A DNA stretch of 61,787 nucleotides, filler included, from Asterionella formosa (lineage: Eukaryota): NCBI GenBank assembly GCA_002256025.1. It is 7 parts of 7 records of this genome, joined end to end, with 100 filler letters (N's around TTAATTAATTAA, not from the genome) between each part and the next. Parts side by side here need not be neighbours in the genome. Positions count along the whole stretch, not along the records: positions 35,374 to 44,114 come from NKIB01011737.1; positions 44,215 to 52,951 come from NKIB01011748.1; 5 more parts are not named here. One strand, written 5' to 3'. The notes under the pieces are model-generated. The model did not search any database. It was not told the DNA's origin and saw only the letters and a list, made by a program, of their open reading frames with translations. Below are positions 37,541 through 51,006 of this stretch, piece by piece. The position numbers and the translations under genes were made by a program. Positions within the stretch are counted from its first letter, which is position 1. Each line of letters opens with the position of its first letter.

Positions 37541-38135
37541 CCCTGTGATGGATTCACACAAGTCTGGAAATTCCTAGAAGGTATAAAACATCAGAACATG
37601 CACGCTCTCAAATATCTCATCATGGATAATCAAGAAACCAAATCTGACCTTCAAGTTGCTGTGATTAAAATGAAAGACCTATGGAATCAAACCAAGCCAT
37701 ACACCCAAAATAACAATCGCACTCATTGTGAAGACCAAAGTATTAGTCATGTTGACACACGAGGAGGTCGTGGTCGTGGCCAAGTTGGCCACTACAGTAA
37801 CCGCGGTGGTAGTGGTCATCGTTCCCGCGGTCACAGAGGAAGTTCCTATTCCAACTGTGGCAGCGGTCGCCGCACACAGTCACGATCTGATTACATTCCT
37901 ACCGAGGTCCTAGAGTCCTTGACACCCCAACAAAGACGTTTTATGTTACAAGGACGCGATACACTCCGGCGCATTATGAGTTCACCATGAACCTGGTTCT
38001 ACTAATTTGGCTGATGTATTAACCAAATGGCTTCCTCCTCACAAACATCTCAAATTATGCCGTCGCATGTTATGGTGCTAAATTTACTTTTCATATTCAA
38101 GGTGGTTCATTTATCATTTCCCTCCTTGGGGGACT
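37541..38135 (+). mobile_element. Internally deleted copia remnant: gag fragment fused to RNase H tail
   Basis: KFLEGIK..RGGRGRG..DYIPTEVLESLTPQQR, then directly PGSTNLADVLTKWLP..LW, then a G-tract at 38128. Confidence 0.6.
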
Positions 38136-38689
38136 ATGCAATTCTCGCCATATATATGGCAACTTCATATATATATATATATACTTAAATATGAACACGT
38201 CAGCCCTTTTAACGTCAGACGACGTCAGAAATAAGTCACAAGAGAATGATACTTTCTCTTGTTTTGTATGCATAACAATTGGTGTTTTTACAAGCACTTA
38301 TAATCTTTGTTTGTTTGATCGTTTTCATCTCTTTTATCTTTTCCATAGTTCCGCTTAGCCTCTTAACATCGAGATCTTTAAAAATTATGACTCAAAACTC
38401 AATATTCCTACCGGTTCTATTCTTCCCGGTATGCGTGTGCAAAGGCTTTTTTGTCAATATGGATGCACAAAATAATCACTCCCAAAGTAATTGTGAAACC
38501 AGCGCACAAATGAGTATTAAAAAGGATATTACTATTGCCCGAATATAAAAGCTCTCCAAATAGCATGCTTAAGAGCACAGAAGATTGCATATACCAAAAA
38601 ATTCCATAGGAACGACTTGCCTGGCACAGGTCATGATTACTTGCACATACCGGTAGATTTTTAACGGATAGCATGGGCATCACTGTCAT

Positions 38690-39691
38690 AAACTTGTTGT
38701 TACAATCCAATTCGCATTATCCTCTGACAAAGGCTGTATCTGCATAAGTGTTTGAAAAGGTATTGTTATGATTGTAAATAAATCCTTAAAGGCAAGCAAT
38801 AGTTGCAAATAGTCTGGCTGCAATGGTTTCCAAGCAAGGATCCAATCCATCAATTGTGAGGTAGTTACGTTCACATTGTCTTGCCTTCGTGATGAGGATT
38901 GGCTGGCGGCACAGAGCAACTGCGTGCAATGGACGGAAAGCCACCAGGAGGAAAGGTTAGTCGGTCTAGCATATATTTTCCATTCCCAGAACTGGCATTC
39001 AACCGAAGGGATTGTGCATTCACTTCAATTAGCTCGTGTGCAAACCTGTCATATTCTAATGCCAACACATGTTGCACCCCAATCTCCATCTGGGGTTGCC
39101 ATGCATGTACGAGAAAATTCTCGTATTATTTTATTTGTTCTGTACATATCTTGCAAGTCTTGCTCTGTCTTAACATTGTTGGTAAAAGGAATGGTTGTAA
39201 AGATAACTGTTTTGAACCCAAATATTTCATTAGCGAGAGGTCAATTGTTTCTGTAATGCTGGTGCTGTAATTGCTGCAAATTCAACAATCCACCAGTGCA
39301 TTATCCGGAAAATGAGTGCATCTATAGATCCCACTGTTTCGACTTCTGTCGAGGATGCTGAAAAATTATTGTTGTACGTGAAATTAACCAAAGTCCGAAC
39401 ATCGTCTCTTAACCAACCTCCACCTCCGGCGTTGGGCAATGGCTTTCCTTCCGATATCCTCCTCAGCATAGCGGTGCATGATACGCCAACTTGCCACCAC
39501 CCCACCCCTCGCATTGGTGCAGAAATAACCATACCTTCATGTCCACTCCATGATTCCCGTTCTAAGAGTTGCTGGTCAAAGGTAGCGCCCCCAGCAGCTT
39601 CCTCCAAACTTTGAGCAAATTGAATCGCAACGGAATCACCCATTACTAATATTTTGAGGTTTGTGGATAGGTTGGTAAGAAACTCCAACAC
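38690..39691 (-). pseudogene. Degenerate SGNH/TBL-like (GDS...DGxH-type) protein
   Basis: LKILVMGDSVAIQFAQ at the 5' end, TIPFTNNV, CERNYLTIDGLDPCLETIAARLFATIACL near the 3' end; several frameshifts. Confidence 0.55.
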
Positions 39692-39774
39692 CCCCTACCT
39701 TTGAGTTCCGACGGCAGCCCGCGATGGCTACACCGGCGCTTTCGATTTCCTCGGCCCGAAAAGCCAGCATTTTC

Positions 39775-40049
39775 TGTTGGAGAAAATATTTTAGGAAAGG
39801 AAATCCCGGTATGAATTACCTACTACATATTGAATCGAATGAATCAAGAAAGAATATGGTACCAGAGAATTCGAAAACAATCTACCGGGGTACGCCAACA
39901 GTAAAAACCCATAATTCTATTAAAACTCTTAGGAACGATTACAATCGATCACGGAGACATCGTTGTTCATATCTACAGCCTATTTGGTCCCTGATGTGTC
40001 CTTACAGGATACAAGAAAGCATAGAGTGCTTCGGGACGCAATTTCAACA
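39775..40049 (+). repeat. Putative 5' LTR (TGTTG...CAACA, 275 bp)
   Basis: Inverted termini TGTTG/CAACA, ending about 130 nt upstream of gag ATG 40183. Confidence 0.65.
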
Positions 40050-43000
40050 GTTTTAATAGAATTAGCCAGCCAGGAAGAGCCGTGATACCACAATCAACAA
40101 CAGGTGGACAATTGAGAGTCCGGAGACAAGATCTGAGGGTACCAGACCATCCAGAGTCTGAAGAAGTCGCACAAGGCGCATCATGAGTGGCAGAGGAAAG
40201 TTTACCAAGAAGGCTCAAGCCAAGGGAGGGAGCAATATTGCTTCTCAATCAATCAAGAAGTCAGTCAATGACTATAACTACTACCTCGGATCATCAAAGC
40301 AGGCATCTGACTATGAGACTACTACTGAGTATCTCATCAACTACATCAAGAAAGTGTTTGATTATGGCAGCAACATTGGAATTGCACTCAAGTCATTAGA
40401 ACCAATCAAAACATCGGTATGGAAGCCAAGAATGCAAGTGAGCATTGCAACAACAGAAGAAGATCGCGCTGCAGAGAATCGGCAATTTGAGATCAAGTTT
40501 AAGGCTGATTATGACACATAAAGTAAAAGGGTACAGGCCTACGAAAATAATAATACCAAGGCATATGCGTTGCTCTGGGAAAGATGCAACAAAGCCATTA
40601 AGAACAAGATTGAAGCGAGATCCGATTACAATAGGATCGAAAATAACCCAATAACATTGCTTATGGCAATTAAAGAACAAACATTAAACTTTCAAGAGAA
40701 TCGATATTCAATGTCGATCATTTTAGATGCGATGAGAACGCTTTTATTCACAAAGCAAAAAGAAGGAGAAAGTCTACAAGACTACACCAAGAGATTTCGT
40801 GTGGCACGAGATGTGCTCAAATCACACATGGGAGGACCCATTATCCTCACCAAGTTCGTTGAAGCCATGGAAGGATACAATGAGAACGACATCAAGCAAC
40901 AAGATAAATTTCGTGAACAAGCTTTCAGTTAATTTATGGCATATTTATATCTCAATAATGCCAATAAAGCCAAATAGTATGGATCAGTTATGACCGGGCT
41001 GAACACTCAACAGTCACTCAGCAACAATCAATACCCAAAGAGCATCACCGAATCAAATAATGTTCTCAGCAACCATCGGTTTGACGTAACAAATAAATCT
41101 GTCTACAAGAAACCAGGAGATAATGATAAAGAGAGGAAACAAAAGGATGCAGGCAAGGAAGACGAAGATGTGAACTTATCATTGGCACAGTTAGAAGGAA
41201 AATGTTACTGCTGCGGAAAAGCAGGTCACAAATCTCCTTCGTGTCGAGACAAGAATAAACCCAAAGAGGAATGGGCTATCAACAAGGCCCAAAGCCATGC
41301 ACAGGCACAGGCTAATACATCCGACACAAGTACAGTTACCTCTGTTAATTCCAACAACCCGCCGTCATCACAAGCTTCACAACAAGCAAATACCAATCGA
41401 TTTGGATGGACGGGAGCTCATATGAAACTACAATTTTACCAAGCATCTGAGATGCGTGACTGGATAGCTACTATTGGATAATCAATCAAGTGTCACAGTC
41501 TTTTGCAATCCAAAAATGGTTAAAAACATTCGAATGTCAACCAACGGAAGCATGCACCTGGCCACAAATGGTGGATCCATGGTAACTAATATGAAGGCTG
41601 ATCTTCCAGAATGGGGAGAAGTATGGTTTAATGAAAAGGCAATCACCAACATCTTCAGTTATGCCAAAATGGCAGATAGGTACAGAATTACCTACGACTC
41701 TGAGAAAGAAGATGCATTCATTGTTCATTTGCCTGACAAAACAGTTCGATTTGAAAGAATTGGGATGAACTTATATGTTTTCAAGCCAACTACAAGCATT
41801 AGAGCGGAGAATGCTCAAATGTTGAATACACTTGAAGAAAACAAAACATTTTACACTGAACGTCAATTTCAGAGAGCTAAGCGAGCTCGTGATCTATTTC
41901 ATGCCTTGGGTACACCATCAATTAACGATTTCAAGGCAATAATTCGTATGAATACGATCAACAATAATCCAGTGACTACCGATGATATCACAATTGCAGA
42001 GAAAATTTTTGGACCTGACATTGGAACACTAAAAGGCAAGACAACTTGTCGCAAGCTGCTGCCAGTCGTGAACGACTATATCGAGATTCCTAACGAGCTT
42101 ATTCAAGCTCATCGCGAAGTGATTCTTTGCATGGATGGAATGAAAGTCAATGGACAATCATTTATCACAACAATTTCTCGAAACATTATGTATAGGACAG
42201 CGCAATGGGTCAAGAATCAGACAGCTGAAGTCTCTCGAGATGCTTTGATTCAAGTATTCCGTGTTTATAATACCGGAAGATTTAAAATTGCAACAATCCA
42301 CTGTGACAACAAGTTTCGACCTTTGATGGAACAAATTTCCAATGAATTTCAAGTCACTATGAACTACGCAAACCCACAAGAACATGTTCCTGAAGCGGAG
42401 CGAAATAATCGAGTGATTACAGAACGCGTGCGCGCTGCTTATCATCGATTACATTTCAAACATTTGCCACGACTGATGATTAAGATTCTAGTGACAGAAT
42501 CTGCAAAGAAACTGAATTTCTTTCCGGCAAAGAACAGGATATCCCTGTATTACAGTCCTCATATGATTCTACATCAACGAAACCTGGACTATGCTCGACA
42601 TTGCCAGTATACATTTGGCACTTATGTCCAAGCACATGAAGAACCTGTGTTTTGAAACACTAATGCACCTCGCAGCCTAGATTGCATTTATCTACGCTAC
42701 AATGACAACATGCAAGGAGGTCATGAATTTTTACACCTACCTACAAATTCATTGATCACTAGACAAACAATTACTCCTCTACCACTTACCCCAGCAATCA
42801 TGAATCAAGTACACGCCCTTGCTGTGCAGGTAAATATGCCAGATGGTCTCAAGATATCAAATCGAACGGGACAACTATTTTATGATAGTGCTTGGATTGC
42901 AGGAGTGGATTATGATAATGAAGCAAGCATTTGAAGATGCACAAGATGATGATTATGAAGATCAAGACGCTAGTGACAACGCAAGCAATGATGAAATTCT

Positions 43001-44114
43001 CGGAGAAGAAGACTATGATGAAATGACTCCGGATGAAATATATGAAGCACAACAGCTTGAATTAAACAACAATATCCAAGAGGTAGAACTGTATCCAAGA
43101 GGTATAACAGCTTGAATTAAACAACAATATCCAGGAGGATGACCCTGAACCTGAGGGTAACAACGAGAATAATACTGAAATGAATGCAGATGAAATCCAA
43201 GATGAGGATGAAGAGCCAGCAAATGAAACTGAAAATGAAGAGGCAATGTTAGAAGTCAATCCAAGCACTCAGGATGACTCAGACCCAAATGTTAGAACTA
43301 CAAGGTCTGGAAGAGTCTCAAGACCACCATCAAAACTAACTATGGTCCAAAATCATTTGCATAAACAAGCACACTGTCGAGAAGAATATACGACTGATAA
43401 TGCGAGAGTGATCGCAAAGACAATGTGTTATATGAATGAGATGTGTATCGATAAAGAAGCATTTCAATTTGTTCAGTCATACAGCTTAAGGAAAGGCCTC
43501 AAGAATTTGGCCAGAAAGGAAGAGACGCTGCTTATAAGGAAATGAAACAACTACATGATAGAGTTGTGTTTGAACCGATTAGGATTGAAGACCTAACCGA
43601 TATCGAAAAGCGACGTGCAATGGAAAGTCTAATTTTTTTGGTTGAAAAGAGAGACAAGAGCATTAAAGGCAGAGCATGTGCCAATGGCAGTTCGCAACGT
43701 GAATACATGGACAGAGATGAAGCAGCTAGTCCAACTACCATGACTGAATCTGTTATGATAACAGCAACAATTGATGCAAAGCAAAATCGCGATGTTATGA
43801 CTGCAGATACACTGAATGCATTTGTGCAAGTGGATATCGATGAGAAAGAAAAAGAGGAACGAATCATTATGAAGATTAGAGGTTTGCTTGTCAATATGTT
43901 GACAGAACTCAGCCCTGAGACTTATGAAAAATGTGTTGTTTATGAAGGGAGCAACAAGGTCCTATATGTTAGGATGATCAAGGCATTATATGGCATGTTA
44001 CAGTCATCATTATTATATTACAAGAAATTTTGGAAGGATATTGAGTCAATTGGATTCAAGGTCAATCCATATGATCCATGCATTGCAAATCGCATTGTTA
44101 CTGGCAAACAGCAC
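39775..44114 (+). mobile_element. Decayed Ty1/copia (CoDi) element: 5' LTR, gag, protease, integrase, RT; truncated by contig end
   Basis: CYCCGKAGHKSPSC knuckle; LDNQSS; HCDNKF and HVPEAERNNRVI; KALYGMLQS, NPYDPC; IN before RT; many stops and frameshifts. Confidence 0.95.
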
Positions 44115-44214
44115 NNNNNNNNNNNNNNNNNNNNNNNNNNNNNNNNNNNNNNNNNNNNTTAATTAATTAANNNNNNNNNNNNNNNNNNNNNNNNNNNNNN
44201 NNNNNNNNNNNNNN
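44115..44214. other. Artificial contig linker
   Basis: Same linker. Confidence 0.99.
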
Positions 44215-44282
44215 AAGTATTTCAAATAATTATGTGAAGTATTTCAAATAATTATGTGAAGTATTTCAAATAATTATGTGAA
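44215..44282 (+). repeat. 22-bp perfect tandem repeat AAGTATTTCAAATAATTATGTG x3
   Basis: Directly visible at contig start. Confidence 0.9.
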
Positions 44283-44499
44283 GGTGATCACGTAATATAG
44301 TGATGATCAGGAATGCATGCATGATACTCTGATCAAATAATTAACTTGATGTATTCAGATAATATATAGATATATTCAAGTAAGCATTTTGATGTATTCA
44401 ACTAATTCATGTGATCCATTCAAAATTAACTAGGCTTCTTTACGTGATGGTCACTTCACGTAATACGCGGCTTAGATGCAGGAGAGAACTCGACCAACA

Positions 44500-44826
44500 C
44501 CTATTTGAATACTTTAGTGTCAACCTAGGAGATCGAGTTACACACAAGGATTAACAAATAAGCTCATAGATTCAACAAATACTACTACTTCTAGTTCAAT
44601 ACTTCACCAGGTACCCTGGAATAGCTAGTCTAGATACCGGTATATGCCTATGCATGTGTATTTTGCCAATGACAGCCACGATGATGATCTGAGTTCTAAT
44701 ACCGATAGTATGGTAACTGGTGAAGTATCTAACTAGAAGTAGTAGAATTTGTTGAATATATGAGCTTATTTGTTAATCCTTGTGTGTAACTCGTTCTCTA
44801 AGTCGACACCAAAGTATACAAAAAGG
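44500..44826. mobile_element. MITE-like element with inverted arms of about 130 bp
   Basis: gagttacacacaaggattaacaaataagctcata..ttcaacaaat.ctactacttctagtt..atacttcaccag is mirrored at 44717-44793. Confidence 0.8.
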
Positions 44827-45398
44827 GTTAGCAAAATGGAGAAACGCACACCAGCCACACCAGCACCAGCCATCAGTTTGAGTTGCGGCTGTACTCCTAG
44901 TATACCGTAGGAGTATTCCATGTACCGGTCGTATGTACCGGTAGGCCCGCTGCCGCAATTACGTACCGAACACAGCCACGCTGATCTCAACCAACAAACA
45001 ACAAATTCTCACACGCAAACTCAAACTATAGGCACACATCCAATCACACACCGCGCGCCAGGATTTTTCAATGTCCGGGTTTTTCGTATCGGATCGCGCC
45101 AGTTTTGAAAAAAATCAAACTATCACCAAAGAATCGGAAGGACGACAGTTTGAATTTCTGTTCTCGGTCTCACACTACCAAGCAAGGTGAGGCAATCGAT
45201 ATGATTGATCAATGGCTACCCTGAACTCGAAATGAGGTTTAGCTTTCTAGAGATGATGAACAAGGCAATCTTATTGTATTCAAAGTAGTTCGAGTAAATA
45301 TTCATTACATTCGATGCTTCGCATTGAACTTTCATGTTGACTTTTGTTTAATAATTTATATTAACATTCGCTCCCCTGGCCAACCAACAGATTTTACC

Positions 45399-46085
45399 AT
45401 GTCATACAAAGCCGGAATCGTCGAAGCAATCGCTGCCCTTAAGGACCGTAACGGTTCCTCCATGATCTCCATCAAGAAGTTCATGATGGACAAGCTCCCT
45501 AAGGATAAAAAGTGGCTTAATAAGACTTTTCTAAACACTCTCAAAACAGCAGTCACTGCCGGTGAACTGGTCCAGGTTAAGAACTCCTACAAACTCTCTC
45601 CTGATTTCAAGAAATCTCTTGTCAAGAAGCCCGAAGTCAAAAAGGCTGCCCCAAAGAAGGCTGCTCCTAAGAAGAAGGCTACTGCTGCCAAGAAAACCGC
45701 AGCACCAAAGAAGGCCACTGGCGAGAAGAAGGCTGCAGCACCTAAAAAGGCCACAGCAACAAAGAAGGCCGCTCCTAAGAAAGCGACCGCCCCAAAAAAG
45801 GAAAAATCTGCCACTGCACCTAAGAAGGCTAGTGCCCCAAAGAAAGAGAAGCCTGCCACCGTACCAAAGAAGGCTAGTGCCCCAAAGAAAGAGAAGCCTG
45901 CTGCCGCCCCTAAAAAAGTTGCGGCTCCCAAGAAAGAAAAGGCTGCTCCAAAGAAGAAGACTGCTGCCCCTAAGAAGGTTGCTGCACCTAAAAAGGAAAA
46001 GGCTGCCCCTAAGAAGAAGGCCGCTCCTAAGAAAGAAGTCGAACCTGTTGCCCCCGTTGCCGAGGTCGTTGAGGAAAAGCAGTAA
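45399..46085 (+). CDS. H1: Histone H1 (228 aa); probable 5'UTR intron 45187-45390
   Basis: SYKAGIVEAIAALKDRNGSS..VKNSYKLS globular domain plus K/A/P-rich tail; caag|gtgagg..caacag| lies 8 nt before the ATG. Confidence 0.96.
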   Translation: MSYKAGIVEAIAALKDRNGSSMISIKKFMMDKLPKDKKWLNKTFLNTLKTAVTAGELVQVKNSYKLSPDFKKSLVKKPEVKKAAPKKAAPKKKATAAKKTAAPKKATGEKKAAAPKKATATKKAAPKKATAPKKEKSATAPKKASAPKKEKPATVPKKASAPKKEKPAAAPKKVAAPKKEKAAPKKKTAAPKKVAAPKKEKAAPKKKAAPKKEVEPVAPVAEVVEEKQ

Positions 46086-46123
46086 ACAATTCGTACAAAA
46101 CTAGCTTTCTATAAGAGAGCACA

Positions 46124-46150
46124 ACACAACCGGAGAATACAATTCTCCAC
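46124..46150 (+). promoter_or_regulatory. H1 3' stem-loop
   Basis: acacaacc GGAGAAT-ACA-ATTCTCC ac, 46 nt after stop. Confidence 0.75.
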
Positions 46151-46653
46151 TCTGCTGCACAAAGAATTATGTATGAAACGGTGGAGTGTTGACAAATTTT
46201 AGGGCCATATCATTTCGTCGGCGTGTGCTTTCGACCTGGGGTTTGCCAAATCTCCCTGAAAGTCGTAAGCCATGTTCTGCTAGTGACATTAATTCAGTTT
46301 GTCGCCCTCATCTCGCGAAAAAAGATGTGATTCTATAGGAATTTGAAACGTACCCGTCTATACTCCAAATTTATGCTTATCAAATTTTCACGAAAGGAAG
46401 AAAACAGAAGACGACTTCCTCATGACAATAGTGGTTAAAGGTGATAGGTACATCGTGAAAATGAATGACTGCGTAACGTGTCGTTATGCCATCATTAGGA
46501 GGGCGAGCAATTTCTACCCGAAGGTGATATAATAATTTTGAGAGGATATTATAATGTAGGTGTTTACTATCAAGGGCGCATCTCATTAATTTTCTCATGT
46601 ATAGGTAATTGACGTTGTATGACTTTATTTCAAGCTTAACGATGCATTTACCA

Positions 46654-47736
46654 TCAAGGGAACGTTTCTTCTCCCTTGTCACTTGTATCTTTCAATCCTT
46701 CCTCTATCGAAGTCATTCCGTTCACAGTCGAATCAGCTTCGCTCTCTCCAGATTCAACGTCCGATGGTGCATCATTACTACCGGTACTTGATTTCACTTC
46801 GAAGAGCTCGGCTTCTATACTATTGGACCTTAGGCGATTTCTGGTGAAAACTCGGAGTTGTTCCACTGGTCCAAGCTTGCTTCGACTTACACGAAGATTT
46901 TCGTCCATGTAAGTTGTGTCGAATGTGCCGGCATTCAAGAATTCGCCTAGGGGAATATTGACGCCCAGGACATCGGCACCGACAGGATCAAGAAATTGAC
47001 TGGTTCCAGCCAAAGTCACTATTCTCGACGTATGAGAGACATTCTTTCAGCATCAAACAACATGCAAGCCCATAACTCTAGTTTACTTACAAATAACGCT
47101 TTCAAGGCCAATCTTGGTCCTCAATACTGGCGTCACGCTCTGAACCGTTGCCTTGTGCACTAGGGTGACTTTTGCTTTGCTAACTTCCAGAGGATTGACA
47201 CTAATAAATTTTAGCACATCCGGCAAACCAACACCAAGAACTTCCATCAAAATGTCGGGAGGCTGAAACTCAATGATATGGTCCACTCGATCAACCACAC
47301 TAGAATCAGTGGTGGATCGAACTCGCTGCTGAACCTTGATGCTACGATTCAAAGTCGCCCTAATTTCCTTCAAAGGTCCTTCGTTGAAGAAGGGTAACTT
47401 GGAAACATCTAGGCCTCCGGAGTTTGTTGCCGTTGTCACAAGCAACGTCCAATCTCCTTGAAACTGCATGTCGTAATCGTCCCGTGTCGGAGCAGTCGCA
47501 ACTGCTTCCAATGTTGAGACTGCCTTTGTCAACTCGTCCTTGGAGGCCTTATCGTACAGAAATATGCCTTGATCTGATTGCAATCGATTCGCAACGTAGA
47601 GCAGATTATTTCTTGCTGCATCGGCGGTTGATAGAGCAAAGATTCGAGAAGTCCATCGACTACTTCCTTGGATCCTGGGCTGAAAAGCACAAACGCCGTG
47701 CAGCAGGGAGAAAAAGAAAACTGCTAAGGATTTCAT
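46654..47736 (-). CDS. Plastid lipid-associated PAP/fibrillin protein; exons 47736-47091 and 47018-46654
   Basis: Signal peptide [32 protein letters not shown]; 72-nt GT-AG intron restores frame (336 aa). Confidence 0.9.
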
Positions 47737-48164
47737 TTTAGAGCTTGCACCTTCTCTGCGAACTTAGGGATATGAAGTCTACTTTGTGCTTTACTCGTGG
47801 ACAGAATAATGATCCATTCGGCACTCCAAAGAATACTATAATGTGTGAAACCAACAACGATACCACCTCCGTGGAGCATGGCATGCTGAAGGAACTAAGA
47901 TTATTCACAGTCCGTAATAGATTTCTTGATCATGACGGCCTGCTGAAGGCAATACTTTACACACGCCCTTGGTGGTCATGCCTGCGAGTAAATAGTAAAC
48001 ATGTGATCGAGGCTGGGTGGCGCGAGTAGGTTGACCGTACGAGTGGCGCCGCCGGCGGCGCGCTCTCCAACATTTAGTACTACGTTCGTCGTCAACCACC
48101 TGATAGGGTAAAGCATTTATAGCTGTGGTGTGCTGGCTGGAGATGCTTTAATCATTGCAAAACT

Positions 48165-48468
48165 TTTGCTAACATTGTTATTATCTCCTCAATATGATAC
48201 AGGAAACTTGGAGAATGTGACTTGTTGGCATTCTTAATGGTAGCAGCAATCAACCATGAGAGCAGAGGTAAGTTATATGCACATTGCATGCTCAAATGCA
48301 AATTGGAGCGAGGAAGTTATATGGATTGTTTATGTGATTGTTTCATTGCACATATGTGGAGATGGCTTCCTTGATGCAACACTTCTGCTAACATTGTTAT
48401 TATCATCTCCTACAGGAAAATGATACAAGAACCTTGGAAAATGTGACTTGCTGCCATTCTTAATGGTT
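48165..48468 (+). repeat. Diverged direct repeat of about 80 bp
   Basis: tgctaacattgttattatc..tgataca.gaa.cttgga.aatgtgacttg.tg.cattcttaatggt occurs twice. Confidence 0.7.
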
Positions 48469-49503
48469 GAATTTTGAATAAAGTGTCATCAATTCCGCTT
48501 TCTCTCTCAGTTCATTTTGAAAAAGCAATGATCTAAACAAACATCGCAACAGGAAGTGAAATTAAAGCATCGAAGGCGACGATTGTGTGCTCATCCTGTT
48601 ATAGGATGCACAATGGAAAGTATGCGTGACCAGCAGTATAATGAAGAGTATTAAATAGCGATCAATTTAATTCGTTTTGTGTTCATTATTGATTGAACAT
48701 GATAATAGCATTGATCAAAGACATGGATTCGTGAGATCAGAAGAAGTAAACATTAGATCGAAAGGTAAAACACAATATGATCACAGGCAGCGCTCCAAAG
48801 GTTAGATCAAATGAATAGTTGATTTGATCTAACGATTACTATCTTTAGATAGTAAACCGAAAAATTAATTGATGATAAGAATAAGAGTGCTGTATTAACA
48901 AAAAGGGTATTGTTTGATCCATTAATATATACATGATGAGTGTAAAATTAAGGCAGAATTATTATTGATGCAATATAGTAAGCAATTGATTGAATATTAT
49001 ATATTGTGTGTATGATCTATGATAAAGGTGTGTGTGATCAATTGTATACAAATGATTGATCAATCAGTTTTTCTGTATGATCAATCAAATTATGATAGGT
49101 CATACTGCGATATTTTGGGGCTGTGGATAATAGAGTAAAACTATTGGGCCTAACGGTTTTTAATTTATAGGCGGTTATAATATCAGTGGGTGAATATTTT
49201 ATTCCTTGCCTGTGCCTGGTAGCATTCCTTCCAAGTTTTGGAAGGAAACAGCAGGTGCAAATGAGATTAATGCCGAAAGTACTTTCTAAGAGGTGTTACA
49301 AGATGAGGTTTGGATGTCAAATGGCAGCACAGGGCCTTGGTCTGACACGAATGCTGCAGGCAGAATATGGATGGGTCACTTGATGGAATAGAATTCTGTA
49401 TTAAATAATTGGCTTTTTTAAATCACAGTCCATGAACGATCTTCCAACTTCTATATCATGACTCTACAAAAGAGGAAGGGAAAAAAGTTTCTTTGGTTGA
49501 AAG

Positions 49504-49530
49504 TGTGGAGTTAGGAAACTCCGGTTGTTT
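49504..49530 (-). promoter_or_regulatory. H3 3' stem-loop
   Basis: aaacaacc GGAGTT-TCCT-AACTCC ac, 50 nt after stop. Confidence 0.8.
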
Positions 49531-49572
49531 GTTGCAGCTGAAAAGTTGCATGGTTGAATGGAAGCAGAATAT

Positions 49573-50022
<450 letters not shown>

Positions 50023-50269
50023 TTAGACTGTGACCGATTGGATTATCGTGGGGTTATGTTCGGCCGCGATTGCTTTATTACTCACAATACGATCGCTTTG
50101 GATAGATTATGAGAGAAGCTGCAACATCAACCGAAGAAATACAGCAATACAGTACGGGATCTGAACTGATACTAAAAACACTTTCAAGGAATTTCCTCCG
50201 AGGATTTATCACTTGATTACAGTATCGAATTCCGTTCCGCAATTGTGAGGGAGTAGCATTTAATTAAAT

Positions 50270-50308
50270 TTTGGCGCACCAGATTGTTTTCGTCTGCACA
50301 TTTCCCGC
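50270..50308 (+). promoter_or_regulatory. E2F-consensus sites in the divergent H3/H4 promoter
   Basis: TTTGGCGC at 50270 and TTTCCCGC at 50301 match TTTSSCGC. Confidence 0.45.
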
Positions 50309-50498
50309 TAGTTGGGCGCGAAGAAAAATAAATTGTGCGCCAGAATCGAAACAATCCAAGGTGTGTACGATTCTACAGGAGGTACGATGAACCAGAATGA
50401 AACAAGCCACTTCCATACTGCATTTGATCGATGCTACATACAAGGCTAAGCTCATAATTCGCTCAAGCGTTACAATCAAAAACCTCAAATAATCAAAC

Positions 50499-50937
<439 letters not shown>

Positions 50938-50980
50938 ACAACCAGTTACCACCAACCACAACAATGAGGCTTTTGGCCGC

Positions 50981-51006
50981 AAACAACCGGAATTTTACAA
51001 TTCCAC
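50981..51006 (+). promoter_or_regulatory. H4 3' stem-loop
   Basis: aaacaacc GGAATT-TTAC-AATTCC ac, 51 nt after stop. Confidence 0.8.

Noticed and set aside
43050..43138. 32-bp duplication inside copia pol
   Set aside because: Ordinary local slippage in the IN-RT linker of a dead element
44215..44282. CRISPR-like arrays (also 429-506, 7730-7850)
   Set aside because: Contiguous tandem units without unique spacers; eukaryotic context, no cas genes
45324..45398. N-terminal extensions in the ORF track for H1, H4 (50578) and CASD1-like (61520)
   Set aside because: Non-ATG starts lying in intron or UTR sequence; eukaryotic gene models used instead
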